Shown: positions 1 to 13,475, counted from the stretch's first letter. The stretch: 64,000 nt of DNA from Antedon mediterranea (GCF_964355755.1 NC_092674.1:16058001-16122000); one strand, 5' to 3'. The notes: generated from the letters alone by a model not told the origin. A program made the numbers and translations.

Positions 1-1418
1 AACATCCGATGCGCAAAATTTGTACATGAATTTGTATCTACAATTCAACAGCTTCCAGAAACGTTTTAATCATGAGTATCACTTTTCATTCATACTGAAA
101 TTTACTTTTGAACACGCTTTTGTTTGACACAATGTCCGGTTAGCCATATTGATGCATGATCTGATATCTACAACTCATCAACTTCCAGAATATTTAATAA
201 AAATAAACTTCACCGTTTTGTTTAGAAACTATGACTGTTTAAATAAAGGAATAATTTTGTTGAATTTTTGAACTTTTTCATCAAAAACGCGTTTGAATTG
301 TCCAATTCGATGTGCTCATATGACGTGATTTTAAGTCTTAATTGTTTAAAAGTTGGAAAAATTACTAGAAAAGGCTGGAAAAACATAATTAACGGCAAAA
401 AAAAATGTTCTTAATGTTACGTGCACACCAGGTGCGTAAAAAATTGCAAATTTTTACATGCTTAAAATGACATAGAACTTTATTTTTCCTTTCATCAAAT
501 TTTGTGCGTGCGCGTAACTTTCAACATGAAACAAGACATTTTTTTTCGACAGAAAGTTAGCACAAGATTTAAATTACAGTTTCGCTAAGTTTCAATTTAA
601 ATTGTTATATGGTTTTCAATCTTATTAAATATGCGAAATTCATAAAATCATGTGTAAGTCCTGTTGCGCAACTCTGACATCATTCAAAAGTAGGAAGTGC
701 ACAACTTAACGTAAATGGCCATATGTTGACAAATTTTATAAAATGTTATGTTTACACGTTTTAGAGATACGCGAGACACAAAATTGACAGAAAGAAAGAA
801 TAATACAGAAAAAAAAACATGATTTCATACAATAACAAGGAGTTATCCGCCGAGTGAATGAATCAAAATCATAATTAATAGAATGTAGTGTGAAATACAA
901 AACATAAATACACGAAATAAATAAAAAAAATGAATCAAAATTAATAAAGTGTGTTGCGTTTAGATACACACAAAAGGCATTTAGAAATAAATTAATTTCA
1001 TGGTATGAATTAAAATAAAGAATATAATGTGTTGGGTGTAATACACAACACTAAGGCATAAAATTAAACAAGATACTTAAAAACTTGTCGACATTAACTA
1101 AACAGAAATCAAAATTACACACAAAAGTGAAGAATAAAATCTTACATTTTTACTCTGGTTCATGGACACAGCTTAAGCATGAGTGAGTCCATGTAACTTG
1201 GAAATATTATGCCCTCCTCTCTTTTCATACAGTAGTATTACCATGTTTTCTTATTTTAATGGACTATTTTATTTGTCTGTCTCTACATGAAGATTCCATG
1301 GCCAAAATTGATTTATACTATACTACTAAGGAGTTTTGCGCAGTTTTATTCATGCTTATTTTTTATGATACAGTATATTATGTTATTATATCAAGATTTT
1401 GATTATGATCACTTTCAG

Positions 1419-4400
1419 TGTACAACTTGGCGTTGGCTTTGCTGTGTGGATACCAAGCTTTTCGTATCCGCAAATTACCAGGCCAGTTCAATGATTCCAG
1501 ATCAATATCGTTCACGATCCTCACATGTTGTCTGATATGGTTCATCTTCTTAGCATCAATGTTTACCAAGAATGGCTACAATAAGACAATCATTAGCTGT
1601 ATTGGTTTTATTGCAAATGGACTGTCTGCACTTTTCTGTATGTTCTTTCCTAAAGTATGGATAATCTACATGCACCCAGAAATGAATGTTCGACAATCCA
1701 CAATTAATATGAAAAATGCAAGTCATATAGCAATCTCAACTGTAAGTGGTTCTTTATTTGTACTGTATGTCATTCTGTCTGCATCTGTATTATTGTCAAT
1801 TAAAAATGAAATGAACAATTAATTTGTTTTTTTTATAAAACTATATGATTTTTATACTTATTCTATGTTCCGAAAAATATTTTATAAAATATATTTCATT
1901 AAAATATTTTGCTGGTATTAAATTGATGGAAAAATATCACATTGAAAAAATACTGGTTAGAGGCCACTGCATTACAAAGTGATTTATGACCATCATTGTG
2001 AATGGGGGTAATTATGATCATATACTAATGAACCTAATTTTACCAACCTTTTGTATCCACCAACCATATTCTGAACTATCCCAACTCAATTGTATTTATA
2101 TTGGTATTACAACCATTACCAGCCAATTCTGAAATAGATTACACCATGTACACTCCTGATGAAAATTTTTATGATTATTATATTTTTTCACTATCCAGAC
2201 ATTGCAAGTCACACATTTTGGGGTTTTTATTATAGAAAAAGTATCCCTACATTTTTTCAATCTAATTTAAGGTCACAAATTGAACTACACATATCAGTAA
2301 TAAATGTATTAATCCCTCATGGAGCAATAAACAAAAGAATGAGATGAGACTATTATGGCCCTAATGGCCGCCCATATACATCAGCTTACAACGTTTTGGT
2401 TTTCATTATGATTTTATCTCCTGGTTTCGTAGTTATCTTAATGGTAGGTTCCAGAGAGTGGTCATTGAGGGTATATCCTCTGAATGGCTTCCTATTCAGT
2501 CCGGTGTCCCTCAGGGATCGATTCTTGGTCCTCTCCTTTTCAATCTTTTTGTCAATGATATCCCAAAACTCTTCACCCACTCCAGATGTCTTATGTTTGC
2601 TGATGATGTTAAGCTATACAAAATTATTGGTAGTGTTGAGGATGCTGACAGGCTTCAGGTGGACTTGGACAAGCTATGTTCTTGGGCAGCTTTATGGGGT
2701 ATGTCCCTCAATCCAGTAAAGTGCAATATTTTAACTATTACTTTGAAAAAGAACATTTTATTTTATAATTATTTAATTAATGACAATCCCATTAATAGGG
2801 TGCAATCGCAAAAAGATCTTAGTGTTTTTATTGATAGTTCCCTTTGTTTTTCTTTTCATATTGATTATCTTGTTGGCAAGTGCAATAGACTGCTTGGGCT
2901 GATGTGGCGTAATTGTAAACATTTTGACAGGCAAACCAAAATCCACCTTTATTATTCAATTATCCATCCCATTCTCAACTTCAGTTCTGTTATTTTTAAT
3001 TCTATTTCGAAAACTCAGTCTACGCGCATTCAGCGTCTGCATAACCGTTTTTTACGCTACATCAGCCACAACCAGAATCCTGACTTTCATTTCCATGTCC
3101 GATCTCCTGAGTCTCGTAGAACCTTTTTTGATCTTGTTTTTTTGTATAAATGTATTAATTCTTTATTTGACTGTAATTTAGTTAGTAATTTTTATCTTAG
3201 AGTCCCTAGTCGTCGTCTTAGAAGAAATACTACTTTTCATATTCCTTTTAGTAGAGTAAATGTTTTAAAAAATGGTTTTATTAGTAGATTAAGTCAAACT
3301 TATAATTCTTTTACTTTAAGAAACCCTGAGTTAGATATCTTTAGTAATAATTTCCGTAAGTTTCGTAACATTGTTAGTAGTTTAGTTTAATGTTTGTTAT
3401 TGTATATGTTCGTGTTTGTCTGTGTTCCCTCCTGTAAGTGGTGAACCATGAGCTCACTGTTGGTTGGGAAATGAATAAATAAATAAAATAAATAAATAAA
3501 TCTATAAAAAGTACGTATTTCAACATCAACCTACCTCATTCCATTCAGCAAATAGAAAACAAATTAAATTTTAAGAAAAACGTTAAATCACATTTCTGTT
3601 CAACAAAATAACTATAAGTCAATCATAGTCTTTTAATTTAACTTGTTTTATTATATTATTGTTTTTGTTATATTTACATGTTTAATGCAATACTTTGTAA
3701 TTTTTTATTTTAGATTGTAAAAGGATCCCAATGGAAATAAGCTGATAAGCTTTTTGGGCTATCCTGAAAAATCATTTATAAATGTATAATTTGTAATGTC
3801 CGTAATTTATGTTATCACTTTGTATATATATTTTTTATGATGATTTTCCAAATAAATTCAAATCAAATCAAACTATAGAATTATAAAATGTTAAGATAAT
3901 AAAAAGTTAAAATTTCTAAATTGTATTAAATATGGGCCTATTGCAGTCATTTAATTGTATTAAATATGGGCCTATTGCGGTCATTTAATTGTATTAAATA
4001 TGGGCCTATTGCGGTCATTTAATTGTATTAAATATGGGCCTATTGCGGTCATTTATTTCCTCTTTCAACAGTTAAAAATGTGAAAAATAAGTTGATTCTA
4101 ATCGTAATAAATACCAGCATGTATCAGATTATTTTTGTTCTGTGATACACCCTGCACTCTTGAATGAAGGGAAAAAATGAAAGAACCTTCACACTTTGTA
4201 TTAATAATAGATTCTAGCTTGGGTTCTGTTATACATTATATTGATTTATGCATTGTTTCAGAAGAATTGTACTAGTGAAAACACATCTGCTAATATTAAA
4301 CAATCAAAATCAACTGCTCCTTACCTGGAAGATTCTTCTACTAGATTAACAAGTGATGGCATGTCAGATAACTTTGTGGAATTCCTTGCCAGAAAGGAGA

Positions 4401-6697
4401 AAGAATTTTCTTTGATTGAAAATGAGCGGGATAAAGCTGTAGAACAAGCCAATGATCTATACAAAGAACTGAAGGAGATGTATATTAGGTTTAGTACAGT
4501 ATGATAATAAATTTGAATATTGATATTAATATAAGTTAACAAATCACACATACAGTACCATTTTAGTTTAATACTTAGTATTTCACATAGGGTTGTTTGT
4601 TTTTAAATAATTTCAGCTATGATGATCACATGACCTCTTTAGTGAAAATGTATCAAGTAGAGCACCAAGCTCTTGAGGATCTCGTTGAGAGTGTTGATCT
4701 TGACGAAACCAACATTAAGTGGTTGCTGGAAAGGTCAGCTTATGTAAGTAGTATCTGACTAGAAATGTATTGTATAGTATTCAGTATAGTAGATATGTTG
4801 TTGTTACAAAACTAATACATAATGTTTTGTAACAAACATAAAGTATATCCTCAAAATTGTATTGGTTGATTTGATATTACATGACATTTGTAATTTTGTT
4901 GTCCAGCTGCGATTTTTGAAAATTGTTCTAATTTTTAAAAAAAAACATTTTTCTTAAAAAAACAAACGTTTGAAACAAAAAATGTTAATAAACCAAGTAC
5001 AACAGGTTTTTATATAGCATAGTTTATTATAATATAATACCCATTATAAATAATGGAACTATCCAACATTTAATAGTAAACGTAATTAATCAGTAGTTCC
5101 ATTCAATGGCAAGCTTTTCTCAAAAGTATTTTTATCCCATGCTATCTCCATAGATATGTGACACCATCCTGTAAAATGTGCCATCTCTAAATTGCTCTTC
5201 CCAATAGTAAAAGTCATGTTTTAGCTTTTGAAATACATTTTAAAAAGAATCAGCAGTCTTTGTGTTGATAAAGAGAACTAACATAAAAGAATAACTATGG
5301 TACATATATTATTTAGGAGACACAGGCTGAGCATATTTGTGTTGCTGTAAGACATATTTAATGTTTTGTAATAATCGTATTCATAATTGAATTATTGCAC
5401 ATCATATTTCTTCATCATTTGTTAAATCATCTGACAAGCATACATTTAATACTAGACATGCAGATGATTATGTAATTGTAACCAAAGCTTTCACAATAAA
5501 CCTTAAATGTAATTCTGTTTTATATACTGGTCCCAAACTTTGGAATTCTCTCTCATTTGAACTAAAAAACAAACCATCCATTGCTAATTTTAAATATAAC
5601 CTCAAGAAATCTCTGGTCTGTACATAGGGTAAGTAATTGCCTGACATGCACCATCTCATTTGTTTAGCCTATGTATTTTATAAATAATGTATCGACTACA
5701 TTTTCATTATATTGTTATTGTTATAATAATATGTGCCATGATTTTACATATTTCCATATGCATATTTGCTTTTTATCCCATAGGCCTATCCGAATACTAC
5801 TCTGTTTATATATTTATTAATTATTTTTTTTTAACTTGTGTTTTTTTCTATTTCTTTTTATCACATATTTATAATTATAATAATAATAATAATAATGTAT
5901 GTATAATAATGTTTGAAATGGGGTTCTTAACTTATTTGACCTCCATCTACACACATGTTTCTTTTAATCTAATTTATAATTAATCTATGTTTTATTAGAA
6001 TGAACAACTGTATTATTTGTTGTGTGTGGAAAATGTAATAAACAAACAATAATCATGGAATGGAAGTATATTTTCATGAGCTAAAAGGTTCAACAAGTAT
6101 ACCATGGAAAAATAGTTAACTCATATCTTCATGGTATACTGAAGCTAGCCTTCCATTCTGACCCAGCTAGGGGATTTTTTTTTTCAAATACTGTGCTATC
6201 AGATAAATGAGAATTAGTTTTATTCCACTCACTCTGTAATAATTTGAGATATGACATTTTTTACATTAATTTTAATTTTAACTATTAACTATTTCCAAAG
6301 GCAACAGATACACTTGAACCCATATTAAAGATGTTAAAACAAAGTGACAAGGACCATCAGCTAATACAAGTCCTCTCACAAGAAAGAAAACTACTCAAAT
6401 GTGCAATGTATGTAATGTTTTTGTTTTCTATACAATTGTAATAAGACTGAATGTAGTTTAGACCTGGTTTAGAAGTCATTGGAATTTATTGTATCATCAT
6501 ACAGTAGCCCCCAATATATCTATGTTGTATATTTGCAAGAACTTTCCAAGTACTGTATTTGTTAAATTTATCAACCAAATTTTAGAGACAATAAGTATAA
6601 TCTTATAAAATACACATGAAATATGTATTTACTGTAATTTTTTTTTCACAGGGCTCAACAGTCTCATGATATACGGAATGATGAACACTTAATTTAA
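1419..6697 (+). CDS. Class C GPCR (metabotropic glutamate/CaSR-like), 3' part: TM5-TM7 plus C-terminal tail; 5' exons lie upstream of the window
   Basis: Exons 1419-1741, 4262-4488, 4617-4743, 6301-6407, 6652-6697, all AG/GT bounded with consistent phases (0,2,0,2). The first exon encodes YNLALALLCGYQAFRIRKLPGQFNDSRSISFT...FFPKVWIIYMHPEMNVR, matching the class C 7tm_3 pattern (RKxPxxFNEAKxIxFT; PKxxxIxxxPExN). Stop TAA at 6695-6697; AATAAA at 6696 and 6717. Confidence 0.85.
2385..3500 (+). mobile_element. 5'-truncated CR1/L2-group LINE (reverse transcriptase) in GPCR intron
   Basis: Uninterrupted RT frame to 3390 with SGVPQGSILGPLLF, FADDVKLY and LNPVKC motifs; short 3' UTR ending in an (AAAT)n tail at ~3474-3500. 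Confidence 0.93.
3700..3872 (+). mobile_element. Isolated LINE 3'-UTR remnant
   Basis: Stem-loop-like GGATCCCAA...TTGGGCTATCC followed by AATAAA and an (AAATC)n tail, typical of CR1-group 3' ends. Confidence 0.4.
3919..4054. repeat. Minisatellite, 34-bp unit x4
   Basis: AATTGTATTAAATATGGGCCTATTGC(A/G)GTCATTT repeated four times. Confidence 0.95.
5395..6050 (+). mobile_element. CR1/L2 LINE 3'-end remnant
   Basis: Frame HTFNTRHADD...SVLYTGPKLWNSLSFELKNKPSIANFKYNLKKSL* is the typical C-terminus of CR1/L2 ORF2; an AT-rich UTR ends in AATAAAC(AAAC). Confidence 0.7.
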
Positions 6698-6769
6698 TAA
6701 AGATGAAGAAGTGATAAATAAAGAAAGCATCAATTATTTTTAAATTTTCCAATCAAAGCAAAAGCTAAT

Positions 6770-8130
6770 ATTAGTTAATTATACACAATAGTTCTCTACA
6801 ACTTGATCTTGCTGTTGACATAATTGAGGCTACTGTTAAAGATCTTGTCCCTGTTTTCAAACCAAGAGAAAACTCCCACCCTGTTTGATAATGAACTTTA
6901 TGTTGCACTGAAATCTAAAGAATCATATTTTAGAGAAAATAGGTTAAATAGTGAAAATGTTTGATTTGCTAGGTCAAACGACTTTGTAGATTTAAGTATC
7001 GTACCTATGTTAATTCTTTATGTTGTAACTTAAGTCTTAATCCGAAACATTTTTGGTCATGGATCCTTAGGAACTACAATTTTATAATCTGTCAGCTTAC
7101 ACTGTAAAAGACAAAGCAAACTTACTTAATACATTTTTTTATTCTGTTTTTAGCCCTGATAATAACGATTTAGATCTGATAATAACGATTTAGATCTTCC
7201 TAATCTTCTTGATTAGCCCATTGTTTATCTAAACTTGAGTTTAATCAGGAGGTTATAGAAAAATACATTTATGAAATTGATTCTCATAAGGCCTCGGGTA
7301 ATGACGGTCTGAGTAATATTGTTTTGTCTTTAGCTGCCAAACCACTTTCTTTTCCTTATAAAATTTTATTTGAAAGATGTATTTCTGAAAAACGTTTTCC
7401 GATAAAATGGAAGCAAGCCAACGTGTGCCCTATCTTTAAAGCTGGTTCTAAATCTGATGTACGCAATTATAGACCGGTTTCGTTGTTGCCTACTATTTCT
7501 AAAGTCTTTGAAAAAATTGCACATCATCACAATTTTATTCATATATCACCAGTTATTAGTGACCATCAACACGGATTTTAATGCAAAGGGTCAATGAGAA
7601 GTTGTATATACAGATATTGCAAAAGCCTTTGTCAGGGTGTCCCATAAGTTTCTCTTGTTCAAACTTAAATCATTTTATTTTTTACAAATTATTTATCGGA
7701 CAGGTGTCAAAGAGTCACTTTTGATGGTAACACTTCTGAATGGCTTTCAGTTTTATCTGACATACTTTTTTTGATTTTTTTTTTTTGTTCCTCGTCATTC
7801 TAATGTTTTGATGATATTAAATTATTTAAATTTAATTAATTAATTTAATGATATGTTGTTGTTACAAGAAAACATTGACAGACTCATTCACTGGTCAATG
7901 CCTCTATCTTTCTTTTACTCTTAAGAAAAAAACCACCTATTTTGACTTTAATATGAATAATATTTTACTTGAAAGAGTCTCTGTTCACAAAGACCTCGGG
8001 TATTTTTTTTAGATAGTTTGTTACATTTTTGTAAACATATTGATTTTATCTCTGAATGACTTCTTCTTTCTCTTGCTCAGTCTTCTATGTTACAAAGTGT
8101 GCAAAATAAGTTTTGTCCATTTTACACGCG
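6770..8130 (+). mobile_element. Degenerate CR1-group LINE ORF2
   Basis: WKQANVCPIFKAG...NYRPVSLLPTISKVFEKI...QHGF (7324-7581), then D.AKAF and DDIKLF remnants with frameshifts and stops. Confidence 0.85.
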
Positions 8131-8627
8131 TAAATTTGGTTTTATTAGTAAAGACGTTCTCATTAATTGAGATTCAAGACCGCGAATATTTACACATTTT
8201 TACGTGATCGTTAATGGTTTCTTGGTTCTTTCGAGCGTTGCTGGGACAGATGGACATGAAGTTTTGCGAAGCCGGGCCCGCATGAAAATTGAACAAATTA
8301 CGGGGTTTTGATGCTTCAACCCAGACTGTTTTCGCTGATATCTTCATCTAGGCTACACTAAAGACAAACATTAAATTTAATTGTTTTTATATTATAATTT
8401 ACTTTTATTTACACTTGTTATTTTGAAATATCAGACTTTAAAATAGTACAAAAAAAAAGTGAAAAACATCGTCGCGTTTTAAAAATTCAGGAATTGTCAG
8501 CGCGTACATATTTTTTTTTACCATCTATGATGACGTAATTTATTAACTATTATGATCGGTCAGTTTTAACAATCGTAACGTCAAGTTAAACTCAGTTCAT
8601 CTTCAACAACACAGAATTGAAATTGAA

Positions 8628-11179
8628 TTCTATTTAATAATTTAAGAAATAATTATTTATTATCGATTATTGTTTGGTTTAACAATCAGTAGGGAACATT
8701 TTGGGTAACTTAACTATATAATAGTCTGAACTGAAATGAATGAATGAGTCCTAGACTAAACTATAGTACTGTAAATATTCCGGGGTAAAGGCGTTACTCC
8801 CTAAGGCCATGTGACCTACATACCCAACCCAATATTCAAGTAAACAAACATTTTAATTGGCCAGCTACCGACAAACATTTCTTCATCTATACACATTTCA
8901 TTTCATTTAATTATGGTATTGATCAGTGGCTATAGAGGCGTAAAAACCCTCGGTCAATATCATGTAAAATGCACTGTGGAAGGGTCATTATTAAGACTGC
9001 AAAATTGGGCTTATCAACAAATAAATACTTTCGTTCAAAATGTAAAATCAAGGCTGAAAAATTGGGCTTATCAATAACAAACATTTTATTATTAGACGCG
9101 ATAACATCAAGGATAATCAGTATAATTATTAATATAGCCACTGTTACTAGTTTTATTCTACATGCTAAAGTAAATAAAAATCCACTAGAAAACAAACAAG
9201 TCTGAATGTTATGCTTATTAGCCATGTTATGTTTGTTACTGTAGGCAGGGAAGAGTTAAATTGTAATTTAACTCTTCCCTGCTGTAGGCCTATGATTGTT
9301 TGCAATGTCCACATATTATTTCCGTGGGCATATCCATAGTGTATCACTCACAAAAAAGACGTGTGAGGTTCTTTCTTTAGATTTTGAAGAATGATTTGTG
9401 TTACAGATTGACACATGAGTCAAATGCTCAAGATATCGGCTAACGCCATGGGACCCTTGGCTTATCAATGAATAATAAATACAGTACTACTTTTGTTCAA
9501 TTGAAATCGGAATCTGACCGTTTCATTAAATTGGGTGTGATATTAGGCCTAAACATATAATAATTTATTAAAAAGGTACAATAAAAACAAATGCATCAGA
9601 GGCGTAAAGAACCCACGGTCAATATCATGTAAAATGTATATGGTATAAGCACTGTGGAAGGGGTCATTATTATTAAACTGGAAATTCGGCTTATCAACAA
9701 ATAAATACTTTCGTTTAAATTGTAAAATAAGACTGCAAAATTGGGCTTATCAACAAATAAATACTTTCGTTCAAAATGTAAAATAAGACTGCACAATTGG
9801 GCTTATCAACAAATAAAATACTTTTTTTTTCAAAATGTAAAATTGAGACTGGAAAATTGGGCTTATAAACAAATAAATACTTTTTTTCAAAATGTAAGAA
9901 AACATTTTTTTAAATATAATCCTTAAGCTCTGTCTATACTATCAAACTAAATATGATGTGCCCATATTATATAGACATGACGATGTCCACTACGATATTC
10001 GGGCATATCACTACCATATTTGGGCACATCACACTTTTTTTGTTAAACTAGTTGGGACAGTGTAGACACAGAACTATGTGATCGAAACATAAGTCGGAAT
10101 TGGACTGACGCGATTGATTTAATTGGGTATTTTTATTAATGTAATGATTCATTAAAAACTATAATACCGATACGCGTTTGGTATTGATCAATGGTGCAAA
10201 AAACCCTGAGAAATAATGGTATAACGCGATTTGGTGATAGCTTAGCAATAATACAACCCATATACTATTATTATAAATACCTATTACAAATCCATTCATA
10301 TAACTTTTCATCGCGAACCGAAAATGTATAAATGTTATTCTACAGACAGTAATTATATATTCAAAAGCCATATTATTATTATTATCAATACCTAAATGCG
10401 ATAGTAATAACCACATAAACATAAATTATTCCCAATACAAGTTTGTGCGTTTAATTCTAGAAAGAAACGACTGTGCTGACAGGCCAATGACATAAATCAC
10501 AAGTAAAGTCCCAATTGTTCACTTGTGTTTTGATTGGCCGACCTATTATATTAGATTAATGAAGACTGTCCAGTCAAACAGTTACGCGGCGTTTTTTGTA
10601 AGAAATATTTCTTGTTTATGTTAATTTGTACAGCCTTTTCCGGTGCATAATAATATATATATATTACAAAAGTGGGGTCGGACCGGCACACCACCAGTTC
10701 TGTTGATATTTTTTTATTCTCTTGCTTGTTTCCATCATATGGTTTTGTCTATAATATCTAAATGTTGTCTTGTTATTTGTTGATTTTTGACTTGTACATT
10801 ATATTATATTTTATGTCTTTCAACCCTGTTGGTGATGATGAAATAAAAATTTGGAAAAAAAACTAAATGCTTTGGTATACGTTTTAAAGAAATTTTTTTT
10901 ACAAAAAACACTGCTTGACGTTTTGATGTAACAATTTTAATGTTCTTTCTTCATTAAATTAGGCTTTTTTATTGATATTCTATTTAATAATTTAAGAAAT
11001 AATTATTTATTATCGATTATTTTTTGGTTTAACAATCAGTAGTGAACATTTTGGGTAACTTAACTATAGTCTGAAATGAATGAATGAGTCCTAGACTAAA
11101 CTATAGTACTGTACATATTCCGGGGTAAAGGCGTTACTCCCTAAGTACCGACAAACATTTCTTCATCTATACACATTTC
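8628..11179. repeat. Direct repeat pair (~8628-8899 and ~10978-11179)
   Basis: TTCTATTTAATAATTTAAGAAATAATTATTTATTATCG...GGCGTTACTCCCTAAG...TACCGACAAACATTTCTTCATCTATACACATTTC occurs twice; the second copy lacks ~60 bp internally. Confidence 0.9.
8922..9900. repeat. Two related blocks with a ~56-bp tandem unit (probable non-autonomous DNA transposon ends)
   Basis: Unit AAAATTGGGCTTATCAACAAATAAATACTTTCGTTCAAAATGTAAAATAAGACTGC occurs at ~9000-9075 (about 1.3 copies) and ~9680-9900 (about 4 copies), each after a shared head (..GAGGCGTAAA..CGGTCAATATCATGTAAAATG). Confidence 0.8.
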
Positions 11180-12449
11180 CCAAAAATATTTACCATATTA
11201 TATTTACAATATATACCAAAAGGGAAACATTGTTAATGAACAGGTCTTTACTAATGTATGCATACATCTCATAGACTCTCATCTCACAGACATGCTTTGG
11301 CGTGTGCGCATGCCCATTTTCCCTCTCCGTCACTTCAGAGAGTGCAAAACGACCAATATCTGGATTGAAGTTGCATATTACGACTTATATCTCTTTACTG
11401 TCTTCCTAGACCAGAAATATGCAGCTTTAAATATCTATCCTAGTTTGTAGTCCTAGTTTGGACGCCAACCATTTGTGACATTCTTGTTCATATAATTCTT
11501 CAAGAGGCAACAGAATGTTCATTTCAGTGGTTGAATCTTGTGACCATTGTGTGGATGGCATGAATATTGACAAATTTACAATTGACAATGATTTCATCAT
11601 TTACGATCTGGAGAAAAAAGCACAAGGTAGTCTGTCGGTGCTTGCTAGATTATAATAATATCAACTTCTACTATGGCCATTGTGGGCCTCCATACAAAAT
11701 CTGGCATTCTGATTGGCTACAAGTTTATCCATTCCAATGTGATGCCAAGTGGCAAGTATTTGCCTGCTGATAAAACAATTGTTAATTGCAAACAATTATG
11801 TTATTACATATATATTGATTTACTGTATTAATACACTTTGTTTACATTCATTTACGTTTCTGCCGGGTTCCCCCCGCTGCGTATAGACGTGGGGTACCAA
11901 ATTCACAGACGACATAAATTTTATCCGCTGCAATAAGCCTGCCAGCCCCCCCCCCCCCTGTACGGAGGGCCTAAAAATAGGGATAGCATAAATGAGTGAG
12001 ATACCACCTAATATCACCATTAAATGCTCATTGACATCCTCATACCAAATTTACAAATGACAGACATTTAATCCACTGCAATAAGCCGCCTAAAAATGTA
12101 ACCTCATACCCACATAGTCAGATATTGCTACTTATAGTAGGTCATCTAACCAAATGTCTCTGGGCTGCCTGTCTATAACTTTAACTTCAAAAAAACTTTT
12201 TAAAATAATATTTTACAAATTATAATCAAAAGTATAGAGACCCATAGTGACAATGTACAAATCAAATGATGAGAAATGAACATTTATATTATTTGTTAAC
12301 CACCAGGATTGTCACTTATTTAGGTTTGTTTATTTCACAGAATTTACTTCCGAAACTACATGACTAGATTTTAATTGTGAACGTAGCTTACATTTCAATA
12401 CTTACAATGGACTGATCAACATGCATTATATACCAGTCCGTTACATCAG

Positions 12450-13030
12450 AAAGTTTACGATGTCCACAAAGAAGAGGAAACATTGAAGCTAGATGTGTAT
12501 ACGTAGTATTTTTACATAATGTAGACTGCTGTAAACAACTGAAAGCTTTACCACTTCCATTAGACTATGGCGACACCAGAAGCATTCATAAAAAGCTGGA
12601 CAGGTTAAGAAAACATCAGATCACAAAGACAGAAAATTGCAGCAACAACTGTATTTTTTTGCATAGAAGATACCATACCAAAAGCTTCATGAATACTCAA
12701 AGGTATCACTAACAAAAACAGAAAGAGATCGAGAGTGAAAGGTATAGCATTTGGGGTACAACGTTAATAAAAATGTTTATTAGTAGATCAACTTGCGCAA
12801 TTGGGTATAAGCATCACCTACAAACGAATCCTTCAGAATGTGGAATCTCTAAAAAACTCACTCGATGTGTAGGTAGTTCAAGACAGATAATCGTGTGCCC
12901 ATCTAGTAGAGTTGGAGCATTAGACAATTTGAACTACAATCTTTCCTCTACCACATCGAAAGGATTATTTCATGGGACCAAAATTAGCATAGTCCAACAG
13001 CTGAGAACCCATAAATACGCAGTGGTGGGA
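12450..13030 (+). pseudogene. Degenerate DNA-transposase fragment, possibly Academ-like
   Basis: ALDNLNYNLSSTTSKGLFHGTKISIVQ resembles the DNxDxxxSSTTxxxxFHGTxISxxQ motif that I associate with Academ-type transposases; the surrounding frame is broken. Confidence 0.5.
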
Positions 13031-13289
13031 TAAGGACGGTGAAGTACAAGTACTCGTTCTACCCAGCTGGGAAACGAAATTATAACAACAGGAATCAGCG
13101 TCCTCTAAAATGGTATATAAAAAAAATGGTCCGTCAAATTTCCGAGACGGATGACACCCATCTTAATTTTCTCCAGCCTGGTCTATATCGTCCTACACCT
13201 GCCGGACTCATAATTTCCAAATGTGCTCCCGCCGTCGGACCCATTATTACCGGGCGCATGCCCTGGCGATTTGTTTGTAATGTTCAGCT

Positions 13290-13475
13290 AAATTCGACGT
13301 TTTGTATGTATTATTTCATTGGCAATTATGTTGCCAGGACCCCACATTTTAAAGCTTAAGCTTCCAGTGGGGTACCCCTTTTTCTCATTTATTATCTATT
13401 ATTTTTAGAAAATGTTAACTGTATTTTGTTTTTATTTGAGAAATAAAAATTATTGATTGATTGATTGATTGATTA
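13290..13475 (+). mobile_element. LINE 3'-UTR remnant with (ATTG)n tail
   Basis: Stem-loop ACCCCAC...GTGGGGT, then AATAAA and (ATTG)5. Confidence 0.5.

Noticed and set aside
1-730. Probable DNA-transposon/Helentron-type remnant at the window start
   Set aside because: Composition resembles the 13871-14525 element, but no termini or alignable diagnostic motif can be shown within the window.
736-969. Many short hydrophobic ORFs in the ORF track (e.g. 736-969, 5687-5983, 8923-9225, 10159-10422)
   Set aside because: Expected by chance in AT-rich or repeat DNA, or antisense/alternative frames of LINEs and real exons.
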